A stretch of 64,000 nt of DNA from Salpingoeca rosetta (taxonomy: Eukaryota; Protista; Choanoflagellata), in the NCBI GenBank assembly GCA_033442325.1, contig JAWQFM010000016.1, positions 548,089-612,088 of the forward strand, read 5' to 3'. Every line of letters begins with the position of its first letter. Position 1 is the first letter of the stretch. Made by a program: the position numbers and the translations under genes. Shown here in pieces: positions 29,684-54,210 of this stretch. The notes under the pieces are model-generated. The model made no database searches, was not told where the DNA came from, and saw only the letters and a program-made list of their open reading frames with translations.

Positions 29684-32359
29684 TCATCGCGGTCCCGCGT
29701 GCATGTGCAGTGGAATGCCCTCCTTGCTGAAGAAGGCCGCCACGCGGTTCGTGCCAGCGTCATCAAGCGTCACACGAAGTTTCATGAGCGGCCCCGAATC
29801 CGCCAACTCATCCACATCCTCAACTCGATCATCGCCAGCAGTGTCGCTGCCATCGCCCTCCAGCATACGCGCAATGTGCTCATCGTCAAACACGGACGTC
29901 AGCACCTCGGTCGCGTGCACCGTGCCTGCATTATGCAAGAACTGCGTGCCCTGTCCAAAATGCACGGGAAAGAGCACATCATAGGTCGTCCTGCCCAGCA
30001 ACGCGTTCAGTCGCTTCTCAATTTCTCCCCGCAGGAGGTCCATGTTGGTTCCCGTGTGCACAGAAATGTTGAGTGCGTTGCTGTCGTCAATGAGCTCCGA
30101 GTGCTGCTGGCGCTTTGACCTGTTCGCTTCCCGATCCACACCATCGCCCTTCACGTCGCCACCACCATCGTCAGCATTGGCAGCATACACTTCACCAGCA
30201 CTGAAATAACCGTCATCACCACCGCGCCCATGTTCGCCATGCTCACCACCAGCACCGCCGTGCTCGTCGTGTTCATCATCATGGCAGCCGTCACCCGTGC
30301 CCTCCACCTGCGCCACCAGTCGCTGGTACTGCTGGCTGAAGTATCCGCACGCCTCGTTCAGCACAGCCACGTCCCCAGCTCGAATGTTCGCCCGCCAGTC
30401 ATACGCAAACACATGCGGCGGCGGCGGCAAGCCCCCTCGCTCTGCCCTTGGTGCCGTTGGTGCCGTTGGTGCTGTTGGTGCTGTTGGTGCTGTTGCTGTT
30501 GTTTCTGGCGAGCTAGTCTCAGCCACGCCCTCCACCCCACCCAGCTGCTGTTGCTGTTGCTGCTGTTGCTGTCGTCGCTGTTGCTGTTGGAGGATGTCAG
30601 CCTTGGAGTTGACTTGAATGCGGTTGCGCAAGAGCGCGGGATCCAGATGAAGGTCAGAGGATAGAACGTCCAGCACGCACACCTGCTGGTCGAGCCGGTC
30701 TGGGTCTGTGCTGTCTGTCACGTGGACGATGAGGTCCGCGTACGCCACCTCCTCCAAAGTGGACATAAACGCCTCCACCAGCTGGTGTGGAAGATCCGAC
30801 ACAAAGCCCACTGTGTCCACGAAAATGGCCTCAAGCCCTCCTGGCAGGCGGCCCACCCGCGCAGCCGTGTCCAGTGTTGCAAACAGCATGTCGCGTGGCG
30901 TGAGATCACCTGCGCCAGACAGCGCCTGCACAAGCGCCGTCTTGCCTGCGTTTGTGTAGCCCACGACGGCAACAACAGGCAGGCCCGTGCGGTGTGCGCC
31001 ACCGCCACCGCCGCCTCCACCACTGCTGCCGTTGTTGTTGCTGCTGGTGCTGTGCGGCTGCTCTGCTCTTCGCTTTTCTCCCTTCGCCTTCGCCTTCGCA
31101 TGTCGCCGCTTGCTTGTCGCTCCTTGCAAGTCGTCCATCAAGGCGTCAAAGTGCATCTCGCCACCATCGCGACCCGAGTCTGCATCATCGACCAGCAACC
31201 GTCCTCTATCACCGTCAACGCCTTCATCGCTGGCAACGACATGCTCCGAGCTGTGCGTGACGTGCGTGCGCTTGTGCATCTCTGCGCGCCTCTTCTTGAT
31301 CTCCGCCAGCTCCTGTTTGATGCGCTTTTGCCGCATGTTCAAGCGCCGCTTCTCCTTCTCAAGTGGCGTCTCCCCAGCTCCACTCACCGCATGCTGTCCG
31401 CCACGCTGCCGCTCGCCGTGCCCGTGCTGGTGGTCAAACAGCGTCGCCGCAGCACCAAGGCCGAAAGTGTCGCCGGGAAGGGCGCGGAAGGTGGTGGACA
31501 GCCGCGCGCGTGCGTACGGAATCTGCGCCAGCTCAACCTGCAGCTTCGCCTCGCGCGTCGACGCACGTGCGCGGAAGATGTCCAAGATCACACGAAACCT
31601 GTCCAGCACGGGCACGCCCCACGCCTCCTCCAGCGCCAGCTGCTGGCGAGGCGTGAGCGCCAGCGTGTTGACAAACACCGCATCCACACGGCGGCGAGCT
31701 GGGTCATCCTTGCGCGCCACATGCCCCTCAAGGAAGCTCAGGTCGTCGTCGTCCGCGACGCCTGCCCCGCAATTGCCATCGTGCTCAGCATCGTCATCAG
31801 CCACCGCGGCAGCGCTGTGCGCTTCAACAATGGCCGTCATCTCCTCCATCTTGCCGCGCGTGAAGAAGACGTCGTGTGCAACGTCACGCACCGGCACCAG
31901 GAGTGCCGCGGTTGGCTGCAGGCTTGGGGTTGCCGATGCCAACGCTACGGCCTCGTCAAGCTGCAACAGCGGGTGTCGGCGAGATCGGTGGCGGTAGTGA
32001 TGGAAGTGGGGCTGAAGTACCAGTACGCGTGCGCGATCACTGGCGGCGCCCGCTGTTGTTGTTCCTGCTCGTGGTGCAGAGTGTGAATCTGACGAGGAGC
32101 GGCTGCTCTTCCACCTCCTAGTTGCAAGCACACCTGCGAGCGGAGTGCGCCGCGCTGTTGCTCCGCGCCGCTGGCATTGCGCTGCTGCTGCTGCCGCTGC
32201 CGCTGCTTCCGCTGCTTCCGTTGCCAGCAACAGGCACCGCTGTCGGCAGCGCTGGCGTGCAAGCACAACAACAGGGAGCATTGTTGGGTGTTGGTCGTTG
32301 TAGTGGTGGTGTTCTTCAATGACTGTCCTGTACTTTTGTTTCGTTCCGGATGATTGCAT
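29684..32359 (-). CDS. hflX: HflX-family GTPase (GTPBP6-like, probably mitochondrial), single exon
   Basis: LTPRQQLALE...VLDRFRVILDIFRARASTREAKLQVELAQ, GAGETPLE, G1 VVGYTNAGKT, G2 MLFATLD, G3 DTVGF...LPHQLVEAF. Arg/Ala-rich N-terminus resembles a transit peptide; the true start may be the downstream MLPVVVL. Confidence 0.92.
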   Translation of the reverse strand: MQSSGTKQKYRTVIEEHHHYNDQHPTMLPVVVLARQRCRQRCLLLATEAAEAAAAAAAAAQCQRRGATARRTPLAGVLATRRWKSSRSSSDSHSAPRAGTTTAGAASDRARVLVLQPHFHHYRHRSRRHPLLQLDEAVALASATPSLQPTAALLVPVRDVAHDVFFTRGKMEEMTAIVEAHSAAAVADDDAEHDGNCGAGVADDDDLSFLEGHVARKDDPARRRVDAVFVNTLALTPRQQLALEEAWGVPVLDRFRVILDIFRARASTREAKLQVELAQIPYARARLSTTFRALPGDTFGLGAAATLFDHQHGHGERQRGGQHAVSGAGETPLEKEKRRLNMRQKRIKQELAEIKKRRAEMHKRTHVTHSSEHVVASDEGVDGDRGRLLVDDADSGRDGGEMHFDALMDDLQGATSKRRHAKAKAKGEKRRAEQPHSTSSNNNGSSGGGGGGGGAHRTGLPVVAVVGYTNAGKTALVQALSGAGDLTPRDMLFATLDTAARVGRLPGGLEAIFVDTVGFVSDLPHQLVEAFMSTLEEVAYADLIVHVTDSTDPDRLDQQVCVLDVLSSDLHLDPALLRNRIQVNSKADILQQQQRRQQQQQQQQQLGGVEGVAETSSPETTATAPTAPTAPTAPTAPRAERGGLPPPPHVFAYDWRANIRAGDVAVLNEACGYFSQQYQRLVAQVEGTGDGCHDDEHDEHGGAGGEHGEHGRGGDDGYFSAGEVYAANADDGGGDVKGDGVDREANRSKRQQHSELIDDSNALNISVHTGTNMDLLRGEIEKRLNALLGRTTYDVLFPVHFGQGTQFLHNAGTVHATEVLTSVFDDEHIARMLEGDGSDTAGDDRVEDVDELADSGPLMKLRVTLDDAGTNRVAAFFSKEGIPLHMHAGPR

Positions 32360-32836
32360 GCTGATTTAGCGACATTCTCTCAACGTAAATTTTCGCGGGA
32401 AACTCAAACCACGCTAAGAAGACGCTTCCGTTTGTAACGCTTGTGACATGTCCCTGAACCCACGCACCGAGGCTGCTGCCGCTTCAGCCACCAATGGCGA
32501 CGCGCGCACAAACGCTGAAGATGGCGTGGATGAGGTAAGTGTTTGTGCTGCCGTCTGAGAACGAACATGCACAGCGAGACAGCGCGTCTGTCTCTTCGTG
32601 CTGTTGATTATTGCAGGAGAATGAAGGTTTGCCGCGAAAAAGCCCGAGCCGCCAGCCTCCCTCATCGCACGCTCGCACGCCGTCGCTCTCTCTTCCATTC
32701 TTCGCTCAGTGCATTTGCTGCGTTGTTGTCCTGTTGTCTTGTTGTTGTTGTTGTCCTGTTGTCAGTCCCTTGTGAGTGGTTCCGGGAGCAGGAGGCCCAG
32801 GATCCAACGAGCACCAGAAACACACAAGCAGGGGCG

Positions 32837-36326
<3,490 letters not shown>

Positions 36327-36578
36327 CGGGAACGCCATTTATGTGTGTGTGTGTGGGGGGGGGGGAGGGAAGACGAGACGCGGACAGAGCAGAGTACAGA
36401 GCGGGTTCGAAGGAGAACGCAGACAAGCAGAAAGCAAGAGAGAATCACGCCAACGAGCTAGAAGCTAGCACGTGTATCCTTGAAGCCTTCAACAAGGACT
36501 TGAATTCACTCACTCTCCAAACATAAACAGTTCGGAAATGTGCTTGAAATCATTCACCAGAACTCGCAAGTCATCAAG

Positions 36579-45162
<8,584 letters not shown>

Positions 45163-45823
45163 CGATCATCGATGGCACAGCTTTGCCCGGCCGTGTATGT
45201 GGACGTGGTTGCTGTTGTATTCGGTGTGCAAGTGCAAGCATGCATCAGCGGGAAGGTGCCTTGTTCCAGCGCCTGCCAACCACAGTTGTCATCCTTCCAA
45301 CCCCACTTCCTTGCTTCTGTTGCGTCTTTACTGTGAATCGCAACGACCACGTGGCAATGTTAGGGCGCGACATAAATTGGACAAAAGCGCAGAAATACAT
45401 GGGCAGAAACAGCTGCAACAAAAACTGAGGCAGGGCGGGGGATTGCAAAGAAGACGTGATGTGATGTGATGTGACCGCTCTCATGATAACGCTTTCGACG
45501 GCATGTGCAGCATGAAATTGAAATGAGGGAACAGTAACGGAGCGACTGAAGCGCAAGCAGGAACAGGCGAAACGGAGAGAAAGCACACGTTGTCTGTACG
45601 ACACAAACAAAACCAAAGCAAAAAAAAAAAAAGCAACAAATGAAGATGAAGAGCAGCACGCAGCATGCAAGCATCAGACAGCCTGCAGCAAGCAGGGCGA
45701 TCATGCGTGCCGGTGGAGAAATAATGAATTGTCTTGAAGGAAGTTGGGTGGGTGCGCCGCTGTAACGGGCTGTGCCGAGAACAAGCCAGTGTGCAAGGGA
45801 GAGGTGCGCTTTCGTCCCGTTCC

Positions 45824-47109
45824 TCACACGAGATAGGAGGCCTTGCGCTGCACAAAGCGGTGGGAGCGACGAGAGGTGGCAAACGTGGCAATCTCTGCCA
45901 TGCGGTCATCAACGGTCTGACGCTTCGACGCGTGCTCGAGGAGGTAGGGAGCAAGATCCGCCATTGTGTTTTCTGTTGGTAGAAGAGGACGCACCTCCTC
46001 ACCCTCTTGAGAGCCGAGCAGCAGGAAGGTCTTCATGTGGCCCTTGCCCTTGATGTCAATGTGCCCGCGCGGCACAATCTCAAACTCGTGATCTGTCGGC
46101 AGCGCCTGCGTGAAGCGGTATGTCGCCTGGATACACCCGGGCAGCCCGTTGCTCTCCATGCGCGAGGCGACGTTCACCGTGTCGCCAAACAGGCAGTAGC
46201 GTGGGCGCGCACGGCCAACAACGCCGGCCATCAGTGGACCAGAGTGCAGCCCAACGCGGATGCGAATCGGCTCGCCGTCAAGCGGCGACTTGACGGTCTC
46301 AGCCGTGCGCACCATGTCGATGGCAAGACGGGCAATGCGTACGGCGTGGTCCTCGCACTCCTCCGGGCAGCCGGCAGCCACCATGTACGCGTCGCCAATT
46401 GTCTCCACCTTGTAGCAGCCGTGCTTGTCGGCAAGGTCGTCAAACTTCACAAACAGATGGTGCAGCATCTTCATGATCTGTGCGTATGCATGAATGCGTG
46501 CGTGTGTATGCGAGGGAATCGTTGTGTGAGTTGCTTGGCAGGCGGGTGATATGATATGGTGGGCAGGAGGAGGAGGAAGCGAACACGCATGGATGGGAGG
46601 GAGGATGGAAGGGTGGGTGGTTTGACCGACAAAGGCAGAAAAGTACACAAACACACACACACACACAGACACACACACAGACACACACACACACACACGC
46701 AGACACACACACACACAGACACACACCTCGGTGGCTGGGACTTCGGAGGAGATGTTGGTGAAGCCCGCAATGTCGCAGAACAGCACAGTCACCTAACAGG
46801 GCAAAGAAGAAGCGTGAGCGTGCACTCGTGTGTGCCTGCAGGCAACCCACATCGCACCACATCACACGCACATTTGCTTGCATGCAAGGAAACAAAAACG
46901 CCCGCCACTGAAAAAGACCACGGCAGCACAACACTTACGTGCTTGTACTCCTCGGCTGGTGGAATCTCCCCGCGCGCCAGTGAGCTTGCAACAACCTGCG
47001 TCATGGAATGGAAGGGGAAAGGCAAAGCGATGCGGTTGTGAGCAGGCAGTGCGAACGTAGCTACTTATGCACACATACACAACAAACACACACAACACAC
47101 ATACACACA

Positions 47110-47198
<89 letters not shown>

Positions 47199-48053
47199 GA
47201 CCACGTACCGGAGGGAGGATGCTGTGGAGGAGGGCATCAATCTGCTCCTTCTTCTGCTGCACCTCCAGCATCGAGTGGTCGAGTTCAGCCATGCGCTTGT
47301 CCACTTCGTTGGTGTTCTTGGCAGAGGCAGACTGGAACATGGCACCATACAGGAACTCGCGTCCGTGGCTGTGCAGGGGAAGCTCGGTGAGGTTGATGCC
47401 CTGTGCCTCCATCTCCTCCAGGGAGTGGAGGGCCGGGACGCCGACGAAGAGCAGCAGGTCGGAGCCCTCGTGGTACGTGACCTGCCCGTGCAGCTTGATG
47501 TTGTCCACTTTGTTCGTCAAACGAGCTGCGCGCATCATCATATCGACAGATGTGCGCTTCGACGAGGCCGCAGAAGTGCTGGCCGATGACATGGAGGAGA
47601 AGGGGCAGCCGCCAACAGCAGAGCCACGGTCAGCAAGCTGATCGGGCCCGAGCGTTGGGCGCTGGCTTCCGGCGTGGGACGTGTTGGCAGACGACGCGTC
47701 GTGCACGTGCTGGTGAGGCTGCTGCGGCTGCTGTTGGTCAAGCTTGCGCACGTGCTTGGCGTCGACGGAGAGAAGAATGGGGGCGCCCTGAGTGGTCTTG
47801 AGACTGTCAAAGCTGAATGACATACCGAGTGGGCGGACAAGTTTGAACACGTGCGAGGCACTGGCGCCCAGCTGCTGCTTCTTGAAGCGGGCAGCCAAGT
47901 GCTTGCCAACCGACGCGATCTTCATGTCGCGATCAAAGGCCACGTGCCATGGGAAGAGCTCGTTGGTGACCTCCGTGGGCAGGTCCACGGTGCATTCTTG
48001 CTCTGCCTCCTTGTCAGTTTCCCGTTGATGGCCGTACTCACTGCAAACAAGAC

Positions 48054-48124
<71 letters not shown>

Positions 48125-48145
48125 TGTATGTGTGTGTGTATGTGT

Positions 48146-48188
<43 letters not shown>

Positions 48189-49404
48189 AGCGAGTTTGTG
48201 AGAGAGTGTGTGCCACAGATACATGTCGGTGAGACACGAGTGGAACCAGTGCAGCAAACACCGAAACCATTGAAACACAAGCATGAACAGATGTCGAGAA
48301 ATGAGAGGCAATTGTAGAAAACATGCAAATAAAAACAAACGAATACAGCATGTCTCCTTGCTTGCCAGTGACTCAACAATCTCGCGAGTGCACTGCTTCG
48401 TGTTTGTGATTGCTGTGCCCGCACCTTTCATCGAGGAAGACGTGGAAGACATCGTGGCTGTTGCCGTCGTCCTTCTTCACACGGTGGTGCATGGTGAGAT
48501 CGAGGTCGAAGAGCTGGGCTCCGCACGCTTCGAGGGCGCCCATCATGAAGTTGGAGAGGCCGGCGTTGCTGCTGTAGTAGTGGATGGAGAGGGAGCCGTC
48601 GTCGTTGCGGACGGGTCGCACAGAGGGCGCGCGCATCTTGGGGAAGGAAGGGAGGAACGACTCGTGGAGGCTGTCCAGGTTGCCGAGCATGGTGTAGAAG
48701 TCATCGCCGAGGGTGCGGAGGGCGTCACCGTAGCCGCTCTCCAGAAGACCGACGAGGAAGTTCTTGCCAGCTTCATACTTGCACTCATCCTCCGTGCGGC
48801 CGGTCACCTGGAACGAGCATTATTGGAAAAATGGTTCAACCAGTCAGCTTTGGAAAGAAGAGCAGCAGCGCGATGGGCGCAATGCACTCACATGCAGATG
48901 TGCGTTAACAAGCCACGCATAAACACAGCCACACAGGTACACACAGACACACAGACGCACACAGACACACACACACACAGCCACACAGACACACACAGAC
49001 ACACATGTTACCTTAGCGATGGCGGCGAGAAAGGCGGCCGTCTGGCTGCTCGAGTAGTGGCGGAAAAAGTCGTCGGCACTGCCGTCAAAGTTGACTTCGG
49101 CCAGGACCATATGCAGCAGCTGTTGGCCGTCTGGCAGCGACGTTAGCCACGCCGTCAGGGCCTGCAAAATGGGGCCATCACAGATGTCATCAGAACCATA
49201 CCGAGTAAGGGCACACGTTACGCAAAGGCAAGTGTTTGGGGCTGATTGGGTGGCACCGGCGAGTGACAACAGGGATCGAAAGGCAGGTGGCAGATCAGCC
49301 AAGGAGAGCAAAGAACGGATGCCATCGCACTATCGCAAACCAAGTAAAGCGTCTCCTGCGCGTGCTCTGAGCGCCTGCCTGACCTTGTGGAGAACTCCAT
49401 ACAT
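45824..49404 (-). CDS. Soluble guanylate cyclase copy A (H-NOX, PAS/HNOBA, coiled coil, cyclase); 7 exons
   Basis: MYGVLHK start; [11 protein letters not shown]...MRAPS (heme His region); [14 protein letters not shown]; [10 protein letters not shown]; LLHSILPP; [41 protein letters not shown]. Confidence 0.95.
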
Positions 49405-51803
49405 GGCGCTGGTCGGTTGTCTTGATCAAGGAGGTTTGTATGGAGAATGCGTACAAGATTGCCGAGAGCGACGCTGCGATCGAGGGATCGGATGGGAAAT
49501 GAAGCCGCTGCGATGCCGCGGTCGGGTTGGAACAAGAAACTTGAAGTCTTGAGCTATGAGAATGCGGCGGCTGTATGGCGAGGGGGCGCTTTTCTTGGTT
49601 GGTGGGTCGGGAAGGAAGGAGGAACGGTTGTCAATGCAAGCGAGGTGGGGCCGCGGGACGTGGGGCGGGGGCGGGCTCTTGAGTGGTGTTGGGGTGAAGG
49701 TTGGAAAATGAACACTTTCATCAGAGCGAGTGCAGATGGCGTAATGGCAGAGGTGCTGCTGTTTCCAGTGCCACAGCGCGTGGCAGTGTCGGTTGAGGCG
49801 AGTTTGTGTGGCTTTTGTTGTAGCAGCCGGTTGGTAGTGACGGCGACTGCAAAGTCTCAAACCTGCATGCCACACTTGCTCATGCCGTTGTCAGTGGCGA
49901 CACAAAGAGAAGACGAGTGTAATGGGGTCCGTCCGGGTTGTGAGGGATGCGGCATACCGCCATTTCAAGACGCTTTTAATCAGAGACATCACCGGAGCCG
50001 CAACCAACCAATCAACCACAGAGATGGTGGGAGCAACGCGCTGAAAAGGTGACGAGAAGAGCAATGGGGCTCGCATGCGATGGAAGAAAGAGGCACAAAG
50101 CGTCTCGTGTGCACAACAAATGGAACAAACAGTTGTTTGGCTGTCCTTGTTGGCGTTGCTTGCGTGTGTCTGTTCCTTGCGCGTTGCCATCGCAGACGGC
50201 ACCATCCCAACTCCAGCGCGGCCAGCAGGACGGCGTCAGCGCAACCTTCGTCCCTTTGCGAGCATCCAAAACGAAAACGGTTTCGGAAGAACTACTGAAA
50301 TCATTTGTAAAATTTCGGCAACATCAGGCTGGTTGCTTGCAGGCAGCCGGACGAAGCTTGGCTGACGAAGAAGAAGGTGTCAGCCTCAAGGTGATGGCGA
50401 CGAGGGGCTTGTGGGGGGCTTGCTTGCTTGCAGGGGCTTTGTGTGCGCATGGCAACGTGACGCTGGGGGGGGGGGCGAGCCCACGTTGCTCCTGTCACTT
50501 CGAGAAAGCAAGCGCAGCTGGGTTGAGTGCGCGAGCGCTGGGTTGAGTTTGAGTTGAGTTCAAGGGGTCGGGTGTGCTGTTGAGGAGTCGTGTTGGCTTG
50601 TTGGTGCCACTGCTGCTGCTGGCTGGCGGTTGTTTGGACGGGACAAACCCTTGCTCACTCAGACCACGACCGAACGGGTGAGGGAGGGAAAGGAAGAAAG
50701 AAAAGGCTGACATGACGAAGACAAGGGTAGATGAGCGCATGTGCAACAGACAGATGTGGCAAGGTGCAAGGTCGGAAGTGCCTCTCTTGCTTGCCTGTTT
50801 GTGCTTGTGTTGCTGTGGCTGTTGTTGACGTTGACAGCTGCGAGGAGCGAGTAAGCGAGCAAGTGCCAGGGTTTGTCGCGCCCGCAACACGTCAGCCTGA
50901 CGTTTGTCGTTGCTCTTCCCGACCAAACACACGACCACACACACACACACAGAAGCACAGAGCAAGAGAGCAGAAGCCTCGAAGCTGACCAGAGAGTTGT
51001 GTGCGCGTGCGGTTGTTGTTTTGAAAAACCTAACCTGGAAGATAGGAATGAGCTGAAGGGAGCAAGCATGGCAAAGGTGTCACACACGTACGCGTGCCTT
51101 CTGTCGTCACTGCTGGTCTGCTGGTTGGCGGGTCGTTGACGTCACCCCGCTTCCCTTGGTGCGAGTTGGTCTGCAACGGATATCCCCCGTGCGCTGCTGG
51201 TCAGCTGGTCAGGTCAGGCAACAGTTGCTCGACGATTGTAGGATTGTGCGTGTGCGTGTATGTGCATGTGTGTGTATGTGTGCGTGTGTGTGTGGGGCAG
51301 CAGGGCGGTGTTGGTACAGGTTAGATGCTTCACAGGTTTACTGAGAACAAACAGAGAGCATGAGACGTAAAGTCAAGAGCAAATGCAAGCGAAGCAGTAG
51401 TGAATGAGAGCCAACCCTCTGAGGGCGTTGTCAACACCAGCATCAAACCAAAGACAGCGAGCATGCACGAAATTATGAGAAGAGGAAGCATATGCGCACA
51501 CGCGCGCGCGTACAAGCACAAACACAACCACACACAAGCACACACACATGCACACCAAACACTTGCAGTGTCTTCATCAGCTTTCAGCAGGGACACATCC
51601 ACATGCACGCACACGTGCAACAACTGACTGCACCGCAGCCAGCGTAGTCACCACCCGCCGTGTCACCACAGCTCCATGTCAGTAAAGCAAACGAAAAAGA
51701 CGAAAAAAAAAAAAAACAGAAAGCAGAAAGTAGGAGGGTGTGTCCCGGTGAAGCAAACGGCGCAGACAAGCACGACGTCTGTACGGTGCTCGAGTGAGCA
51801 GAG

Positions 51804-54144
51804 TCAGACCATGTATGACGCCTTGCGCTGGAGGGCCCTACGGTTGCGCAGCGATGTCGCACAAGTGGAAACTTCGGCAAGCCGGTCATCAACAGTTTCG
51901 CGCGCAGCAGTCATTTTCAGCAGGTGCGGGGCAATGTCCTCCATCTTGTTCTGCGACGGCATGAGGGGCTCCATGCACTCGTCGTCCAGAGCACCGAGCA
52001 GCAGGAAGGTCTTCATGTGGCCCTTGCCCTTGATGTCAATGTGCCCGCGCGGCACAATCTCAAACTCGTGATCTGTCGGCAGCGCCTGCGTGAAGCGGTA
52101 TGTCGCCTGGATACACCCGGGCAGCCCGTTGCTCTCCATGCGCGAGGCGACGTTCACCGTGTCGCCAAACAGGCAGTAGCGTGGGCGCGCACGGCCAACA
52201 ACGCCGGCCATCAGTGGACCAGAGTGCAGCCCAACGCGGATGCGAATCGGCTCGCCGTCAAGCGGCGACTTGACGGTCTCAGCCGTGCGCACCATGTCGA
52301 TGGCAAGACGGGCAATGCGTACGGCGTGGTCCTCGCACTCCTCCGGGCAGCCTGCAGCCACCATGTACGCGTCGCCAATTGTCTCCACCTTGTAGCAGCC
52401 GTGCTTGTCGGCAAGGTCGTCAAACTTCACAAACAGATGGTGCAGCATCTTCATGATCTGTGCGTGTGCATGAATGCGTGCGTGTGTATGCGAGGGAATC
52501 GTTGTGTGAGTTGCTTGGCAGGCGGGTGATATGATATGGTGGGCAGGAGGAAGCGAACACGCATGGACGGAAGGGGAATGGAAGGGTGGGTGGTTTGACC
52601 GACAAAGGCAGAAAAGTACACAGACGCACACACACACACACACACATACACAGACGCACACACACACACACATACACAGACACACACACACACACACGCA
52701 GACACACACACACACAGACACACACCTCGGTGGCTGGGACTTCGGAGGAGATGTTGGTGAAGCCCGCAATGTCGCAGAACAGCACAGTCACCTAACAGGG
52801 CAAAGAAGAAGCGTGAGCGTGCACTCGTGTGTGCCTGCAGGCAACCCACATCGCACCACATCACACGCACATTTGCTTGCATGCAAGGAAACAAAAACGC
52901 CCGCCACTGAAAAAGACCACGGCAGCACAACACTTACGTGCTTGTAGTGTTCGGCTGGTGGAATCTCCCCGCGCGCCAGTGAGCTCGCAACAACCTGTGT
53001 CATGGAATGGAAGGGGAAAGACAAAGCGATGCAGTTGTGAGCAGGCAGTGCGAGTTTAGCTGCTAATGCACACACACACAAACACACACACACACACACA
53101 CACACACAACAAACGCACACACGCACACACACACACGCACACACACACGCACACACACACAACCACACGTACCGGGGGGAGGATGCTGTGGAGGAGGGCA
53201 TCAATCTGCTCCTTCTTCTGCTGCACCTCCAGCATCGAGTGGTCGAGTTCAGCCATGCGCTTGTCGACTTCGTTGGTGTTCTTGGCAGAGGCAGACTGAT
53301 ACATGGCGCCATACAGGAACTCGCGTCCGTGGCTGTGCAGAGGCAGCTCGGTGAGGTTGATGCCCTGTGCCTCCATCTCCTCCAGGGAGTGGAGGGCCGG
53401 GACGCCGACGAAGAGCAGCAGGTCGGACTCCTCGTGGTACGTGATCTGCCCGTGCAGCTTGATGTTGTCCACCTTGCTTGTGAGCCGGGCTGCACGCAGC
53501 AGCATGTCAGCCGAGGAGCGCTTTGATGACGTGTTGGAGCTGAAGGACGACGATGTGCCCGAGAAGGGGCAGCCTGTTGACGACTCGCTGCCACGCGCGC
53601 CAGAGGGGTCCGTCACTTGCAGTTGGGGAAGATGGTGCGTCAGCGTCACCACGCTCTCATCGACTGTTACCTCGTGCGTCAGGTGCTTGGCGTCGACGGA
53701 GAGAAGAATGGGCGCACCCTGCACTTGCAGCATGTCGTCAAACTTGAGACGCATGCTTGATGGCCGCACGACCTTGAACACTTGCCAGGCCTGCGCGCCA
53801 ATCTGCTTCCTCTTCAGGCGAGAGGCAAGGTGTTTGCCAAGCGACGCGATCTTCATGTCGCGATCAAAGGCCACGTGCCATGGGAAGAGGTCATTCGTGA
53901 GGCTGGGTGGCATGGCCACCGTGCACTGTTTCTTCGCCTCCTCATCCTCTTTGCGCTTGGTGCCGTAGCCCCTGTGACATCATGTGTGTGAGACAGAAGA
54001 AATGATCTACGTGAGGAATTACTCGTGTGACATGTTGCCCGTGCGGTTGGGCACGGTTGTGCAAGCACAACGGATGAAGAGGTAGGCAGGCAGGCAGACC
54101 CACATGCACACGAACACACACACACGCACACACAGACACACACG

Positions 54145-54210
<66 letters not shown>

